Shown here piece by piece: positions 24,851 through 39,091 of a DNA stretch of 64,000 nucleotides; positions within the stretch are counted from its first letter, which is position 1; the number at the start of each line of letters is the position of its first letter. Source of the stretch: Paraspadella gotoi (taxonomy: Eukaryota > Animalia > Chaetognatha). Made by a program: the position numbers and the translations under genes. The DNA is taken from assembly GCA_051294375.1 (NCBI GenBank), contig CM119269.1:17346265-17410264 (forward strand), given 5' to 3'. The notes under the pieces are model-generated. The model made no database searches. It had not been told where the DNA came from and was given only the letters and a program-made list of their open reading frames with translations.

Positions 24851-27800
24851 CATAATCTCGTTGTAACTACGACAATCCTGAACCCGAGAACGTCCTCCCA
24901 CCAAAATTCCAGTCTGGTTTCTCTAGTGGATTGCGTCGTCGAGCCATTCGCGGATCCGTCGCTGTCGTATTTCCTGCCAGCCTCGCCTCCAACTAGAACC
25001 TGAAGCGGGTTTAAATTTAATTTAAATTTAATTCAGGGGTAAATTTTCAATTGTTTAATGTTTTAGTTTGCGATTTTAATTTGCTTGCGTATTGTTTTGT
25101 TCCACAGTAAAATTACCTTAGGTCTTATATCACGACGTGCTATATCCGTGCTATTCTATATAACTGCCCCTTTCCCATTAGCTTCTTATTTGAATATCTT
25201 CTGTACTCTTACGTCTTCCCTATATCCTCCAATCCCAACTCAGCGGGCTCGAGTACCTGCCGAAGGAGTTCTGGTCGCTGACCCTGCTCGGATTCGTTGC
25301 ACCCTGAACACTGTAGCGGCCTTTGTTGCAACGTTGATCATACGTCCGTTGCTCTGATTTGGCGCGAATGCGAGTTGGAATCGGGAAAATGGTCGAATCA
25401 ATTTGTCCATCTCTCGAGAGATTTTTTTGATGGATGAGTCTACTGTTTTTTTTCATGCTCGCTTTCAAGGCCCTTTTATTAGTTTGTTTCCTCTTTTCGG
25501 TCTATTCGTTTCTGTTTCTAGTTTTTTTCCGTATATAAATGCGCAACAATTATATCTTTTTTTTTTTTATTCTAAAAAAACCTTACATAAACTAGATTAC
25601 CCGATTCATATTTTTTAAATACACGTGGCCGAGGGGCTTACCAACATGGCCCTTATTTACAAAAACTTTCCCTCTCTCATTCCCCCTCGGTGGTTAGCCC
25701 TTCCCACTTCTTTTCATCGATAATAGGTGTGTAATCTTTAGTGACTATGTTCTTTATTTGCCATATAATTTTTCAAAATTCTTTGTTTCACTATTTTTTA
25801 TTTTTATTTTTATATTTATGAAAGATTTAACCTTTTTATATCTATATTCCTTAAATATATACTTTATATTTTTGCTTTTCTTAATTAATTTTTTTTAACT
25901 TTATCATATATCTTATATTATATCTCATTCTTTGTGGACTATTGCTCGCCGAATCTAGTGTTGTCTTTGGAAATTGATATTACTACGCAGATATAGCTTT
26001 TGAGAAGAAAGAGGGAAACTAATCGATTTAATATCCGCGCAATTTGGTACAGAGCTCCGGTAGCAGAAGAAATTAAAATATGAAGAATTACTTAAGATTT
26101 TTCGAGACTTTTTACACAGACACCAAATCAGCGGTTATGAGGTCTCCTCAACAATGCACTGCAGCTTCCTCGTCTCTCTCTTCTCTTCCTTCTGTTCTTC
26201 TTTTTCCTTCTCTCTTTATTTCGGGATCGTATTGGTGGTCCGTTGAAAATTTTCACATGGTGAATCGCTCAACCGGAAAAGTTTTCATTTTTAGGATACA
26301 TTAATCAAATCGCGAAGAAAAAATAAAGTGTTTTAAAATTAATAAGAAAAAATATGACAATTGTCGTTAAGTAAGATTAGGATACCTTTGAGTGCGATCC
26401 AATCCACAATAGCGAACGAGCGGCTCGTTTACCCTAAGAGAAGAGTGTGTTCTCTAACCAATCTGTCAAGATCTCATCGGAGTCGACCATCACAGCGCTG
26501 CGTCTCTCAGACTATCTGTGTAATACCCTCGCGATTAATATTGTAATTGATGGATTTACATTATTTTTCCGCTTCTATTTGCGCGCGATATTTCAGTTTA
26601 TATTTGTGGGGTGATATTTCAATTGTTTCGGTATGTCGCGCTCAAGAACTATCCTAGAATTATAATAAGGTTTATTTATTTTTTTTTCTTTTCAATCAAC
26701 AACTGTGCGGACTTGCGCAGTTAGAGGTTCTGGTCTCTTTCAGAATCATTGGAAGAGGCAAATGTACTTCTCTGAGAGAGGGCAAAGTTGGTTGATAGTT
26801 GTCGGTCGTCGTCCTTGTGTTGTTGTTTTTCTTCTTCTTCGTTTTATGTTGAGGTTTTCACCATAGAGGAAATCGTAGTGTGCGAACCTGAGGAGCGGTA
26901 TTGTTGTTCCGCGGTAGTGTTAGTCCTTCTAATTAAGAGTAAAAGCAGTCGCTAATAAAGTTTATCTGTATTGATCGTTAAAATAAGAAAAGTACAACTT
27001 GACATTTTTTTAATGTTCAGATATTGACATTACACTAGCATCTTTAGTGTGATTTTTAGCACGTATGTAGACACTTTACTCGTTAATTCTGTCGATCTGT
27101 CTGACTCTCTTTCTGTCCGCGTGCTATTCTGATTTATCGATTTTAGTTTTAAATCCTTTGTTCAGGCATCTCAATTCATCATTTTTCTCCATGGAAGTTA
27201 ACTACCTAAAAGAAGACTTTCACGAGGTCCTGAAATCAATGCGATCGTTCTTCTTTTTCTCGCATGCTGTAGACGTTTAAAAGCCAATACCATAAGCGGA
27301 TTATGTGAAATTGGTGAAATTTTTTAAGGGCAAATGTAATGTTCGTTTATCTTTGTAAATTTCAAGCATTCCCTTTCTTCATTCTTCATAATCACTTATG
27401 GTGATGTCGTGTATAATCACTTTACTGCGCCGATACGTTCTGATCACGAGCAATTGATGCCAACGTCATCCTCGGACGATCGTGAGTTAAGAAAACTATA
27501 CATTAAAGAAATCGAGATTGAGTTCCCGATGACGTTAAAAATTCACCGTTTAATAGCAAAAAATGCATTGTATTCGTAACCAGGAATCTTCATCTGTGCC
27601 GACAGTCTTCTTGCCCGCCTTAACCTTTGGATTCGGTCTTCTAATCCTATGATCCCAGGAATCATAACCGTAACTTCTTTCCTCCAAAAAAGAATAATAA
27701 TATTATTAATCCCAATAAGTAAGAGCAACTATTTCTCGGAGTTTGCGTTAAACCTTCGAGCATAACTATGGGCCAGAACCAAAAATAACGTAACCAAAAC

Positions 27801-30800
27801 TTCCTGATTAAAATTCGATCCAAATTAGTAATAATCGAACCGAACCAGTCCCGTTCTCTCTCACACTCTCTATTTGCCTATTCTCTATACATTCATTTGA
27901 TAAGTCCTAACTGGAAATAAACCCACAGCTTGAATACGGATTCTCCCGCGGTGTCTCTTTCAAATTTCCTGACGGCAAAAAGTCATCTCTTCTTCATACT
28001 CGTGTCGACGGAGGAACGTGCAGTCATGATCTCTCCAAACGATCGCGACCCTATGAGTTTCATTGACGACCTAGAGACGCGAACGGCGCTCGAGCGTCAT
28101 CAACCTGAGTGAATAAAGTAATGGACGCGTCTTCAAAACCGACTTCTCCTCTCCTGAAATACACGTCGTGTCTGCGGAAATAATTTGTCTGCCGTATGGT
28201 CTTCACTGATGATAGTTGAGCGCGTAGTAGCGAATGATCTCTCGTGATTATAATCTTTATTATATATCCAGTATAATCTGACAACAGCATCAATTTCTAT
28301 TATTATTACCATTCTGCTACTCGAATAGTTAACAGTATATAGAAATTATCGAGTCATTCATTTCTCGAAATAGACTAGCTGGAAGTCAAACCCGCAATAG
28401 GATCTCCTGCGCCGCAAAATCAACCCTTCTAACTCTTTTGTACCCCCACAAACAAAACTGTCATAAACAAAAAAAATTATTACGTTTCTCCCTCACAAAT
28501 AAATAAACAAAATAAATAAATTAATCAATATAAATATATATACACTTAAACTATACTACTATTAAATGAACACCAAGTCAGTCTAATCAATGAATAAATA
28601 AATAAGTAAGAAACTTCATGAGAGAGAAGCGGGGAGAGTCTATTCGCGCTGCATCCATAAAGTCTTTCGCGTTCACTTGCCACCGTCATGGCCTCAATGC
28701 CTCTTAGACGCTCCACCCTATCTGCGACTTCCGTACCTCATTCCAATTCCCACTCCTTAACCCGCTCCTCCATGCCTCATTCCCTCATTCCAATTCCCAC
28801 TCCTTACTCGCCCTCCATGACTTGAGCGTCATACCCCTATCTAGATTGCCCCGTCATGTTTCCCTAAAACAAACCAAAATACCGCAATGCGGGTTACAGA
28901 TACGAACGCGATCTCTCTCCGCGGCCCGGGGATTATGAGGGAGGACTCATTCCCTTCATTGTACGGCAAGAGGCAGAGTCCACGATAAACAAAAAGATCA
29001 TGGAAGCGAGAGAGGAGAGAGAAGAGAGAGAACGAATAGGTAATAGAAAAGAAGCCGAGAGAGAAGAAGAGAAGGAGCCCGGTATGTAGATGAGAAGGAT
29101 TGTAGAGAGAGAAAGAGAGAAGAGACTAGACTCTACGGCCATTAAGACGCAACTGGACTTCCCAAATACCCTTTCTCTCCGCTGCCCAGGGCGAAAGCCC
29201 CTTGAAAGGGTTTTACGATAGTTGGAATAATCACAAATCAGCGCGCAGAGAGGGATCAACCACACGAAGTGTTTAGTCCGTACCTAACCGCGTTTTGTAT
29301 GTTTCCTCTATTTTAAAAACATTTGTATTTATATTTAATCTTTGATTAATAGCGTCACTCTTATATAGGATTTATAATATATTTGTGGTTTGAATGCGAA
29401 AATATGGTGAAATAGACTTACAAAGGGCTAGTGAGATCAGCACAGAACGGTTGATGTTTGGCTGAATGTCGCCGGCTCACTTCTCTTGATTATAACAACC
29501 GAACGAGTTCCCACCTATCATTCGCGCTTTGCACCCATGTTTAATATCTGACCTGTGATTTTGCGGCCGTGAAAGGGAGAGTAGAGCAGAGGGGAGGGTG
29601 GAGAGATAACTTTAAGGGGGTGGACGTGGTTCATTTCAATAATAATTAATAATGTCCGAGAGTTTATAGAGAGATTCAAATCTCCCCTACTTAAAATTAT
29701 TATTCTGTCACGAAACTTATTTTAAACATAGAAAAAGAGAGTACTGGAGAACTCTCTCTAACAATCTTTGCGAGTGATATATAAATAACGGGGCTGAGAA
29801 ATACGTCAAACATACTGAGGAAGAAAAGAATGGGAGGCTATGTTCAGAGATGACGAGAGCCTGCCTTCAACCCGCGGACAATAGCCTGTGCAATCAGTGT
29901 CATCGATGAACTTCAGTCATAAGATCTATTTCTCAATGAGGAATTCTACACCACAGTACTTTTTAATGTCCTCTCGCAAGCTGTGTACTATTTCGTCTCT
30001 CGTTAAACCCACAGCTGTGGTACTTCTCTCATCGGATCCTGGGCGTCATAACTCAAATCCCTTCCCATCCTCAATCATACCAATCAAGAGCGTCTCGATA
30101 GAATCTCCTAATGAGACTCGTAATCACAACCAGAGTCCTTCGAAAAGTTCTTTCCCCTCCTCCAAAGTCAGCCCATGCCCGATCTCTCCCTTCGCACACA
30201 CTTTCCCACTTCTCTCTCTCTCACATCTTGCGCGGCCCTCGTCGTGGGTCCCTAGCGCCCCATCTCGAGGCTCTGTGTGGCACTCCCTGTCAGAGCTACG
30301 AGAGTAACAGGTCGCCAATCACAAGATCCGCTGAATAATTGCAGTTAGAATGACGAGGAGGGGGAGGAGAGGGAGGATGGAAGAGTGATACAGAAGAACG
30401 AAAAGCCCCAGAAAAAAACGCGGGGGAACGAAAAAAAGGAGTTGTTGTGCTCCGCGGCGCAGAGTCGTCGGCGCTATGGTCGAGGTCATTCGTTCCGGTT
30501 CCGTCCATCGGCCACCAGGTCTGCGAGTCGCAGCGATTTGGCGAAACACCAACAGGAGTTCAGACGCGACGAGGGCTAAGGTTTGAGGAGGGCGCTTTGT
30601 TTTTCATCAGAAGGTGCATATCGTGGCATTTTTGGTGGCGGACTGGCTATGGATAAATTAGTAGTGGATTTCTTCCCTATCGCAAGGAGAGATATTCCAA
30701 TCGTGCGTGATTCCAGCATTTCTCTCCATCTGCTGTAACTCCGTCTCGCTCCATTTGTCGGCGGCGCGCGTCGCTTGTCGTACTGACACGATTCTCGGAA

Positions 30801-32693
30801 CCCTCGAGCGAATGAGTAGGGGGGGGCGAAGGGGAAAGGAAGTATGCATGCGGGACAATAGAACTCAACTTCGGATGCGGGAGGTAAAAAGGAAAGGCAG
30901 GAAGGTAAGAAGAAGAAAAAACGAGAGGAGTCACAGTGAGGTGAAAGTCGATGAGAAGTTTTACGAAGAGACGTGATAGTCAAGACCGGCGTAACATATA
31001 ACATCAGAGAGAGATGCACTTAAAGTGCGTGAGTGGAAACGATAGGATAGAGAATTAGATATGGAAAATATCAAGCGGGTCTCTCTGCTCATCTCTCTGC
31101 TCTTCTCTGATCATCTGAATTCATATCCTCTACGATTACAACTCGATCACTTTCCCTATCACTCGCTTCTCTCCGCGTGCGCTCTCTTCCTAATTTTTCA
31201 CTTTAAGACTGTTCCGCGTGAAGGATAACTTGCCGATGTTGAGAATCCTTAGTCGTTGGAGAACGTTTTAGTAAAGTGAGTGAACACTTCGGAGATTGAC
31301 TGAGTACTATACAAGTCTTATAACTTATTATGAGTTCTAAAAAAATCTGATTGATTAGTACAGTAAAAGAGATTAAGAAAAAATCATAACTAATTTTTCT
31401 CCTTTTCTTTTCTTTGTCTGATTGAATGATATTAACTTTCTTTTTTGGTATATTTTGAAAACAATACATTACATTGGATGACATCAGGAAAAGGAGAAAG
31501 TTATTCTAAAAAAATTCTATATAGTAGGCTATCGGCTATGAAATCTTGAGCAACGAGCTTTCAATCGGCCTATTGTGCAAATCCGAGAGTAATACCATTC
31601 GCGTGTTTTCTCTCTCTCTAGGTCCTTAACCATCTCCTTATCTTCTCTCATCTTCTCTCGGTCCGTTCGTCATCGAATAACTCTCTCAAACACCAGTTCT
31701 GGATACTTATCTATCTATACGTAGATTCCGAATCTCGACTTACGGAAACACTTTTGTTCTTTGGACTTCAGGGAGAGAAAAAAAAAGAAGAAAAAAAAGA
31801 AAGAAAGAATTACTCGAAAATCGATACAAGAGGAGGAAACGAAAACATCAGGAAGGGAAAATCGTCAATGAAACGGAAATCGCGGAGCGGAAGTTTCCAG
31901 TATTCCCAAATCTCTTCCATTCTCCATCACTTCTTCCCCGCGCGCGTGACTGTGTTACCTCACTCTTTCATCTACAAAAAATTATTCAGTTTTGATCATC
32001 CGATACTGGTCTATCTTCTTGTAAATAAATCATTTTTGAGACCAACTCTATGTCTATCCAATAACTGTCCGGTTTTTCTTGTTAAACCTAGTAATTGGGG
32101 ACATTATAATTGAGGTTGTTGGTAATTACTTATGTCCGTCTTTACTTCTCTAATACGAATATTTTATACAATCAGTATCAGATGGAAAACGTTGTTCACG
32201 AACAGCGAGAAGAAGGAAAATAAAATCTTAAAACAACAATCTCGGTTAGCATGAATTTTTAAATTGTCTTTGATCCTTTTAACTTAAGTTTCCCTCATTT
32301 AATAATCTCGCACCGTGGATCTGCGTTCGCGCAGTATAAGTGTGGCCGTCAGGAGCCGCCGAATTATGCTTCTCGTCTGCATACTGAACTCTCTCTCAAT
32401 CTCTCTCCTCATCTCTCTCTCGTTTTCTTCTCTCTTCTCTCTTCCTCTCTCTCTCAAGAGAGATCGCATTTAAAAGCACTCTACCCCCGGCGCACCTGCC
32501 CTCCGCCAAGTTACTTCCCGTTTCTTTGGAAAAAAGGTCACGTGAGCGCTCGCCCCCGGCCAATCGCGAGTCGGGCGAAGAAACGCCGGCGCGCAGGGCC
32601 CTTTTGAAAAAATCCATTCGACAATCTTATGAATGACTAAGAGGGCGCGAAAGGGGAAATAGAAAGAGAGAGAGAGATGAGAGGAAGAGAGAG

Positions 32694-32724
<31 letters not shown>

Positions 32725-33266
32725 GAGGAAGAAAGGAGAGTGAAGAAGAGAAGAGAGAAGAGGTCAAGGATTTAAGGGAGAAGCGGAGGCGCGGAAATCG
32801 CGATTTTCCACTCAAAAACGAAATCAGCAGTCATGCGAACAATCAAAATTATTAATCGAAGATTTATCGAGATGTTTTTTCAAAATTATTTTAATTATAA
32901 ATATTATATTTATTTCTATCATAGACATAGTGCTTTATTATTGTTGTAAAGTTTTCGCGGGCGATTTCACCCCCCCCTCTNNNNNNNNNNNNNNNNNNNN
33001 NNNNNCTTTCTGCACAGTGATTCTAGCCGATTCCGCGATTCCAGTTCCATCGTCGCCGCCGTCGGGTTTTCCACTTGGATCTCTCCTTTCTTATTAACGA
33101 AAAAAGAAAGAAAAAAAAAGCGTCGCGATTCTTTGGTTTCGCCAAAGCGACGACGACGACGACGACGGTGAAAATGTTGATTTGCACTCCTGTATTGAAC
33201 TTGCAACAGAGCCACGACGAGGCAGGGAGAGACCACCGAAGAAGCGGCAGAGAGTGAGAGAGAGAT

Positions 33267-34399
<1,133 letters not shown>

Positions 34400-36131
34400 A
34401 TTCTTTACTATCGCTTTCAATTCGACCAGTCATATACCCGAATCACCCCCCTCCGTCCAACCGCCTCAAATTCTCTCCACCAATCAGAACCCCCACTTTT
34501 GCACCCCAGTCATCACCTCGAGACCGCCCGCTGTTGTTTTTGTGGAACCAACGAGATTCTTTGAAATAGATTAATCCTTTTCTCCTCCCCAGGGGGTGAC
34601 GGACGGGGTTGACGGACGGGGCTGACGGATGGGGTAAGGAGAGGGTGAGGCAACTAGAAAATAAAGGGGGAGTAAGAGTTGTAGGTGAGAGAAGAGTCGT
34701 GCAAAAACCCGGGTTTGACTTGTTGACAAGCAGACGCTAATTCAACACCGATCCTCTCTTCGCTTGTAAACAAGGGGAAGGGAAAAGCTGTCCGTGTTCG
34801 GCGAGATGGCGGAGGAATTCAGTTACCTCGGCTCGCACTTTCTGAGTGAGATGTATAAGCGTTTTTAAAGATATGATAGGGTGAATATTAATCAGTGAGG
34901 TTTATTGATAAAAATAAAGAAAGAAAGAAAGAAAGAAAGAAAGAAAAGAAAGGAAAGAAAGATGGAATAGAAAGAAAATAATGGAATAAAAGAAATCACT
35001 ACAAAAAAGAAGAATAGCAAAAAGAAAGAGAAAAGAAAAGAAAGTGACAAAGAAAAAAAAAAGCAATAAAACAGGAAAAGTAATTTGAAAGGGGAGAAAA
35101 AAAAAGAGGAAAGTGAAATTGTTTCGGAAGAAAAGATTTTAACAAACGAATTTGGCCTCGAAAGAAAGAAAACCCGGGAGGCTCGAGCCTCGAATTCCAA
35201 GAGCCGTCGTTGGGGCCCGACAATTCTACTGATTACTCGTTTGCTTGGAAATTGCATTCACGGATTATCAAGCAAATTAAATTGCAAGTTTTATGTTTTT
35301 AATACACATAATATTTGGATTTAGGATTATCTGAGAGATTGAGACGCTTATCTAACCTAAATTTATATGATACTAAAAGCTTTGTAATGAAGTTTTTTTA
35401 ATTCTATTAAAAATATTTTTGTATTACTTAAATCGACATTCGACAAAATTTTGTCGCAAAACGTTTTTTTCATTTCACGAACAAATGTCGAAGATGTAAT
35501 TGACAATTGTTAAAATTCGACATTTCCCGAACAAACGAGGAGGGATGTAATAGACGACTCGTTCACGACTAGGGATGTAATCGGAGAATCTCTCTCCCGA
35601 GTTCGCGACCTTTTGTTTGACTTGGTAATATTTTCGTTTCTCTCGCTGTTATAGAGAGAGAAAAAAAGGAGAAAGAGAAATATAGAGTGTTTCGAAATCA
35701 GCAGGGCGCCCGTCACAGGGGAAACACATTAACCTCCAACCTGCCTCGACTATCGACATCTTCTGGGTGGCGAATGACATGGCACTCTTAGCAAATCCTA
35801 ATTTTGAGTAATCCACAGTATTTCTATTACGTAAAAAAAAGGTAAAATCGCCAATCGATTTCTTTTCAAAATTCCAGTGCCTGCTGAGATATTCTTTTGC
35901 TCCCTCAGTTCAAACGCCGGCCGCAAAACTTGGCCTTAATTCTTACCCTTTTCCAGTAAAGTTTTTTTTACGAAAGTGAAACAAAAGCTTTTTTTTCTCC
36001 ATCCCTGTTAAAATGAATGGCCTATTGCAATATTTAATAATTAGCCTATTCGATTTCATTCGTTTTTGAATAAATTGCTTCTTCTCATTTTATTTGCCAA
36101 TTTCATCTGGACCACATCCACTACCATGCGT

Positions 36132-36361
36132 TCAAATTGATGACCAAGGAAACACGTCGGCTAATTTGTTCCTTTCTTAGATTCTTTCGCTCAAAACATT
36201 CAATTTCTCAAATTGATGACCAAGGAAACACGTCGGCTAATTTGTTCCTTTCTTCGATTCTTTCGCTCAAAACATTCAATTTCTCAAATTGATGACCAAG
36301 GAAACACGTCGGCTAATTTGTTCCTTTCTTCGATTCTTTCGCTCAAAACATTCAATTTCTC
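36132..36361. repeat. 3 x 76-bp near-perfect tandem repeat
   Basis: Unit tcaaattgatgaccaaggaaacacgtcggc...caatttc starts at 36132, 36208 and 36284. Confidence 0.92.
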
Positions 36362-36554
36362 CGATTTTTTTTCCCTTTTTTTTACTCTACACCCTTTTTA
36401 TTTTTCTCTTTCCACTGTTTAACCTTATCTTGACGTCTTCCATCCCTTTCGCTCTCTCTTTGAAAGAGAATAACGAAGAGACAAAAAATGTCCTTCACGC
36501 CACACGTTTTCTTGTTTTCAGAGCGAAAGAGATGGGGCATGCTCTCTTTAAAAA

Positions 36555-36653
<99 letters not shown>

Positions 36654-37755
36654 CTCAGAAGAGTCCGCATGAATGAACGACGGCCCGACAATGGAACGAA
36701 CGTGGGCCAACGACCGGGATCTTCGGTCCGTATTTCCCCTTCGATAGGGGCTTCCATCCAATTGAAGAGGCGGGCGTCGAGCGGGGCGTGGCGCGTCAAA
36801 GTATCCATCCGGGGTCTTTTCTTCTTCAAGCCGGTGGGTGGTTCGGGTGGGGCCTCTATCCGCGGTCGCCTTTGGTTCCAAGACGATGGGCGTTGACGGG
36901 GGATAGTCGGGGGAGAGGAAAGGGGCGTGGCGAGAAAGGAGCGAGAGATGGAGGGGGGAGAGCAGATAAGACTGAAGGGATAAAGGGGCGAGTTGAAAGA
37001 GCGAAAGGAAGTAAGAGAAAAAAGAAGAAAGGGGGAGAAAAGGAAGAAAAAGAGGTTGGAAAGGAAGAAGAGAAAATACAAATAAACAATAACTGAATAA
37101 GAAATAAAAAATCTGAGGATGCGATTCTTGAATCACGTTCGCAGTTTTAGTTCTCTTGTTCGCCCGCCTCGTCTCGAGAATTTGGAGGAATCATAACAAC
37201 GACGTCTTCTTCGTGCTTTGAATGAATCTCGATTTTGTCATTTATTTCCTCTCTTTTTCTTCTTCACTGATTAACCTATTACCCGTATATTTTAATGATT
37301 TATGTTTTATCACTTTTTTCATCTTTCCTTTCATCAATTACTTTTCATCCTTACTTACATGTATATACAATTATACAAGTATACCTACATGTATCTCTTC
37401 TATATCTCTCCAATATCATCCTCACAGATTGTCCCGACCGGATAGGACCGGATTGTCCCATCTCCCGACCCGATCGGCCTTCTCCGTCTTCCGCCAAAGA
37501 TCCGCCCATCGCACGACCCCAAATTATTGTCACAACAATACTCCCTCAGCTTTTCTCACTGCTTTTCTCACACCCTCAAGATTCCCCCGTCATTTGAGTC
37601 CCCACGTTTCGAATTCGTTCACTTTGTTCCAGATGTGAATCGAAGATATCATGTTTTAACTTAGAACTTATAACCTAATAAAACTCTGTTATTCGTGTCA
37701 ATTGTATTTCTCGGAAAGAATTTTATTCCCTGATTGAGAAAATTAGAGACGGAAA

Positions 37756-39091
37756 TCAAATGCACTGGTAGTGATTGCAGAGGCACAATTCATCCGCGCC
37801 GCACCAACGCGCTGTGAAAATTGAACATTGCTGATGAGCGGGGTTTGTGTCCAACATTGCAAATATTAATGACAAGTTTAATAGTAATGCATGTTCAACA
37901 GTATTTTAATAATATTTTAAAGAAGGGCCGAAACGATCATCAAAAGACGCAACCTGCAAACTTTCATACGTTATTACATAATTTTCCGCAAAACATTAAG
38001 CTTACCGCATTGATAAAATATCACGTAGCTCGCCCACATGACTGCCATTTGCGCCAAGCTGTGACCCATGAGGCTCATGGTGAAGATGGCGCCGTGGGAG
38101 TCGTCGACGAGGTAGACCATGATGAAGGACGCCGTTGAGAAGTGGAGCGCGAAGAATTCAGGGATGAAGTACAACCAGCAACAGCATTGACTGGTGATTG
38201 GGTGAATGGAGAAATTATGGTTTTTTATTTAAAAAAAAAATGACGAATCATCAAAACGCGTTAATTATACATAGAATTGAGGAATTCAGAGCTAGACAAG
38301 CCTGATTGTATTGCATGAATTCGTACAACTAACCTAAAAATTATCCATTCTTTCAATAAACAACTAATATTTTTAGTTAGTAATAAGCTATCTTGCCCTT
38401 GACATTAAATGGACAGGCTATGGTGGGTTTAGGCCTCCATCCATCCTACCAGATAATAATATAAAAGGGCGCTGCCAGATCGTAATCAAGACTCTTCCCG
38501 TATAGTTAATTAAATATCAAGAAAGTTGTATTGAGGCGAATCCTAAATTCGCCTCCCTTATATGTACGTTGAAACTAAGCTCGTCTGTTGTCTTGGACAG
38601 CTAAGTACTCACCAACTGTCTGTTCAGGTTTCAATCCCCTCACAGACACGCTGTTTATGTGTGATGGTGTCGCCATAAACACGCCAGTGACATGGGGTAG
38701 TCACTGCAGATCCAAAGCCCTGATCGCCAGCTGTCGGGAGACTAATACCAGTATTTTTCTTTTAGTGACATAGCCAATATCACAAATCATGCAAAGTATT
38801 AGAGTCCCAGGGACATCGTTTGACATCCAACCAAAATGTATCCTTTCTCTCGACTCCGGGGACTAACATGGCGGCGAAGATGCAAAAGAGGAATGAGACG
38901 ACGGAGAGAGCGAAGGCGGACAACGCCATCACGCGGGAAGTTTTCGAGTCGATGCATTTCTTTTCCTTGGGTTTCGGCACAGTTCGAATGCTCGTGCCGC
39001 GCGACAACCTTCGTGATACATGTCGAGGACGGCCCGCCGTCTCCACGTCGTCGTCAAGGTCGTCGTCGTCTTCGCTCTGGTCTCGTCTCAT
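37756..39091 (-). CDS. Small multi-pass membrane protein of unknown family; exons 39091-38784, 38190-38006, 37811-37756 (~182 aa)
   Basis: Phase-consistent GT-AG splicing; acidic/basic N-terminus, hydrophobic segments (ALSAFALSVVSFLFCIFAAML; FALHFSTASFIMVYLV; LAQMAVMWASYVIFY), Cys-rich loop and C-terminus. First donor GTGATA is weak. Confidence 0.6.
38645..38735 (+). ncRNA. Diverged type-P5 twister ribozyme preceded by degenerate tRNA-like B box
   Basis: GTGT-GATGG-tgtcgcca-TAA-ACAC-GC-[CAGTGAC..GTCACTG]-CAGATCCAAAGCCCTG, closed by gaca.gctg/cagctgtc; ggtttcaatccc just upstream. Confidence 0.75.

Noticed and set aside
24830-25400. Possible spliced minus-strand exons (donor ~25212, acceptor ~25000)
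   Set aside because: No phase-consistent long reading frame; a lncRNA cannot be supported from sequence alone.
36132-36361. CRISPR-like regular repeats (also 52382-52969)
   Set aside because: Head-to-tail units with no unique spacers, eukaryotic context and no cas genes.
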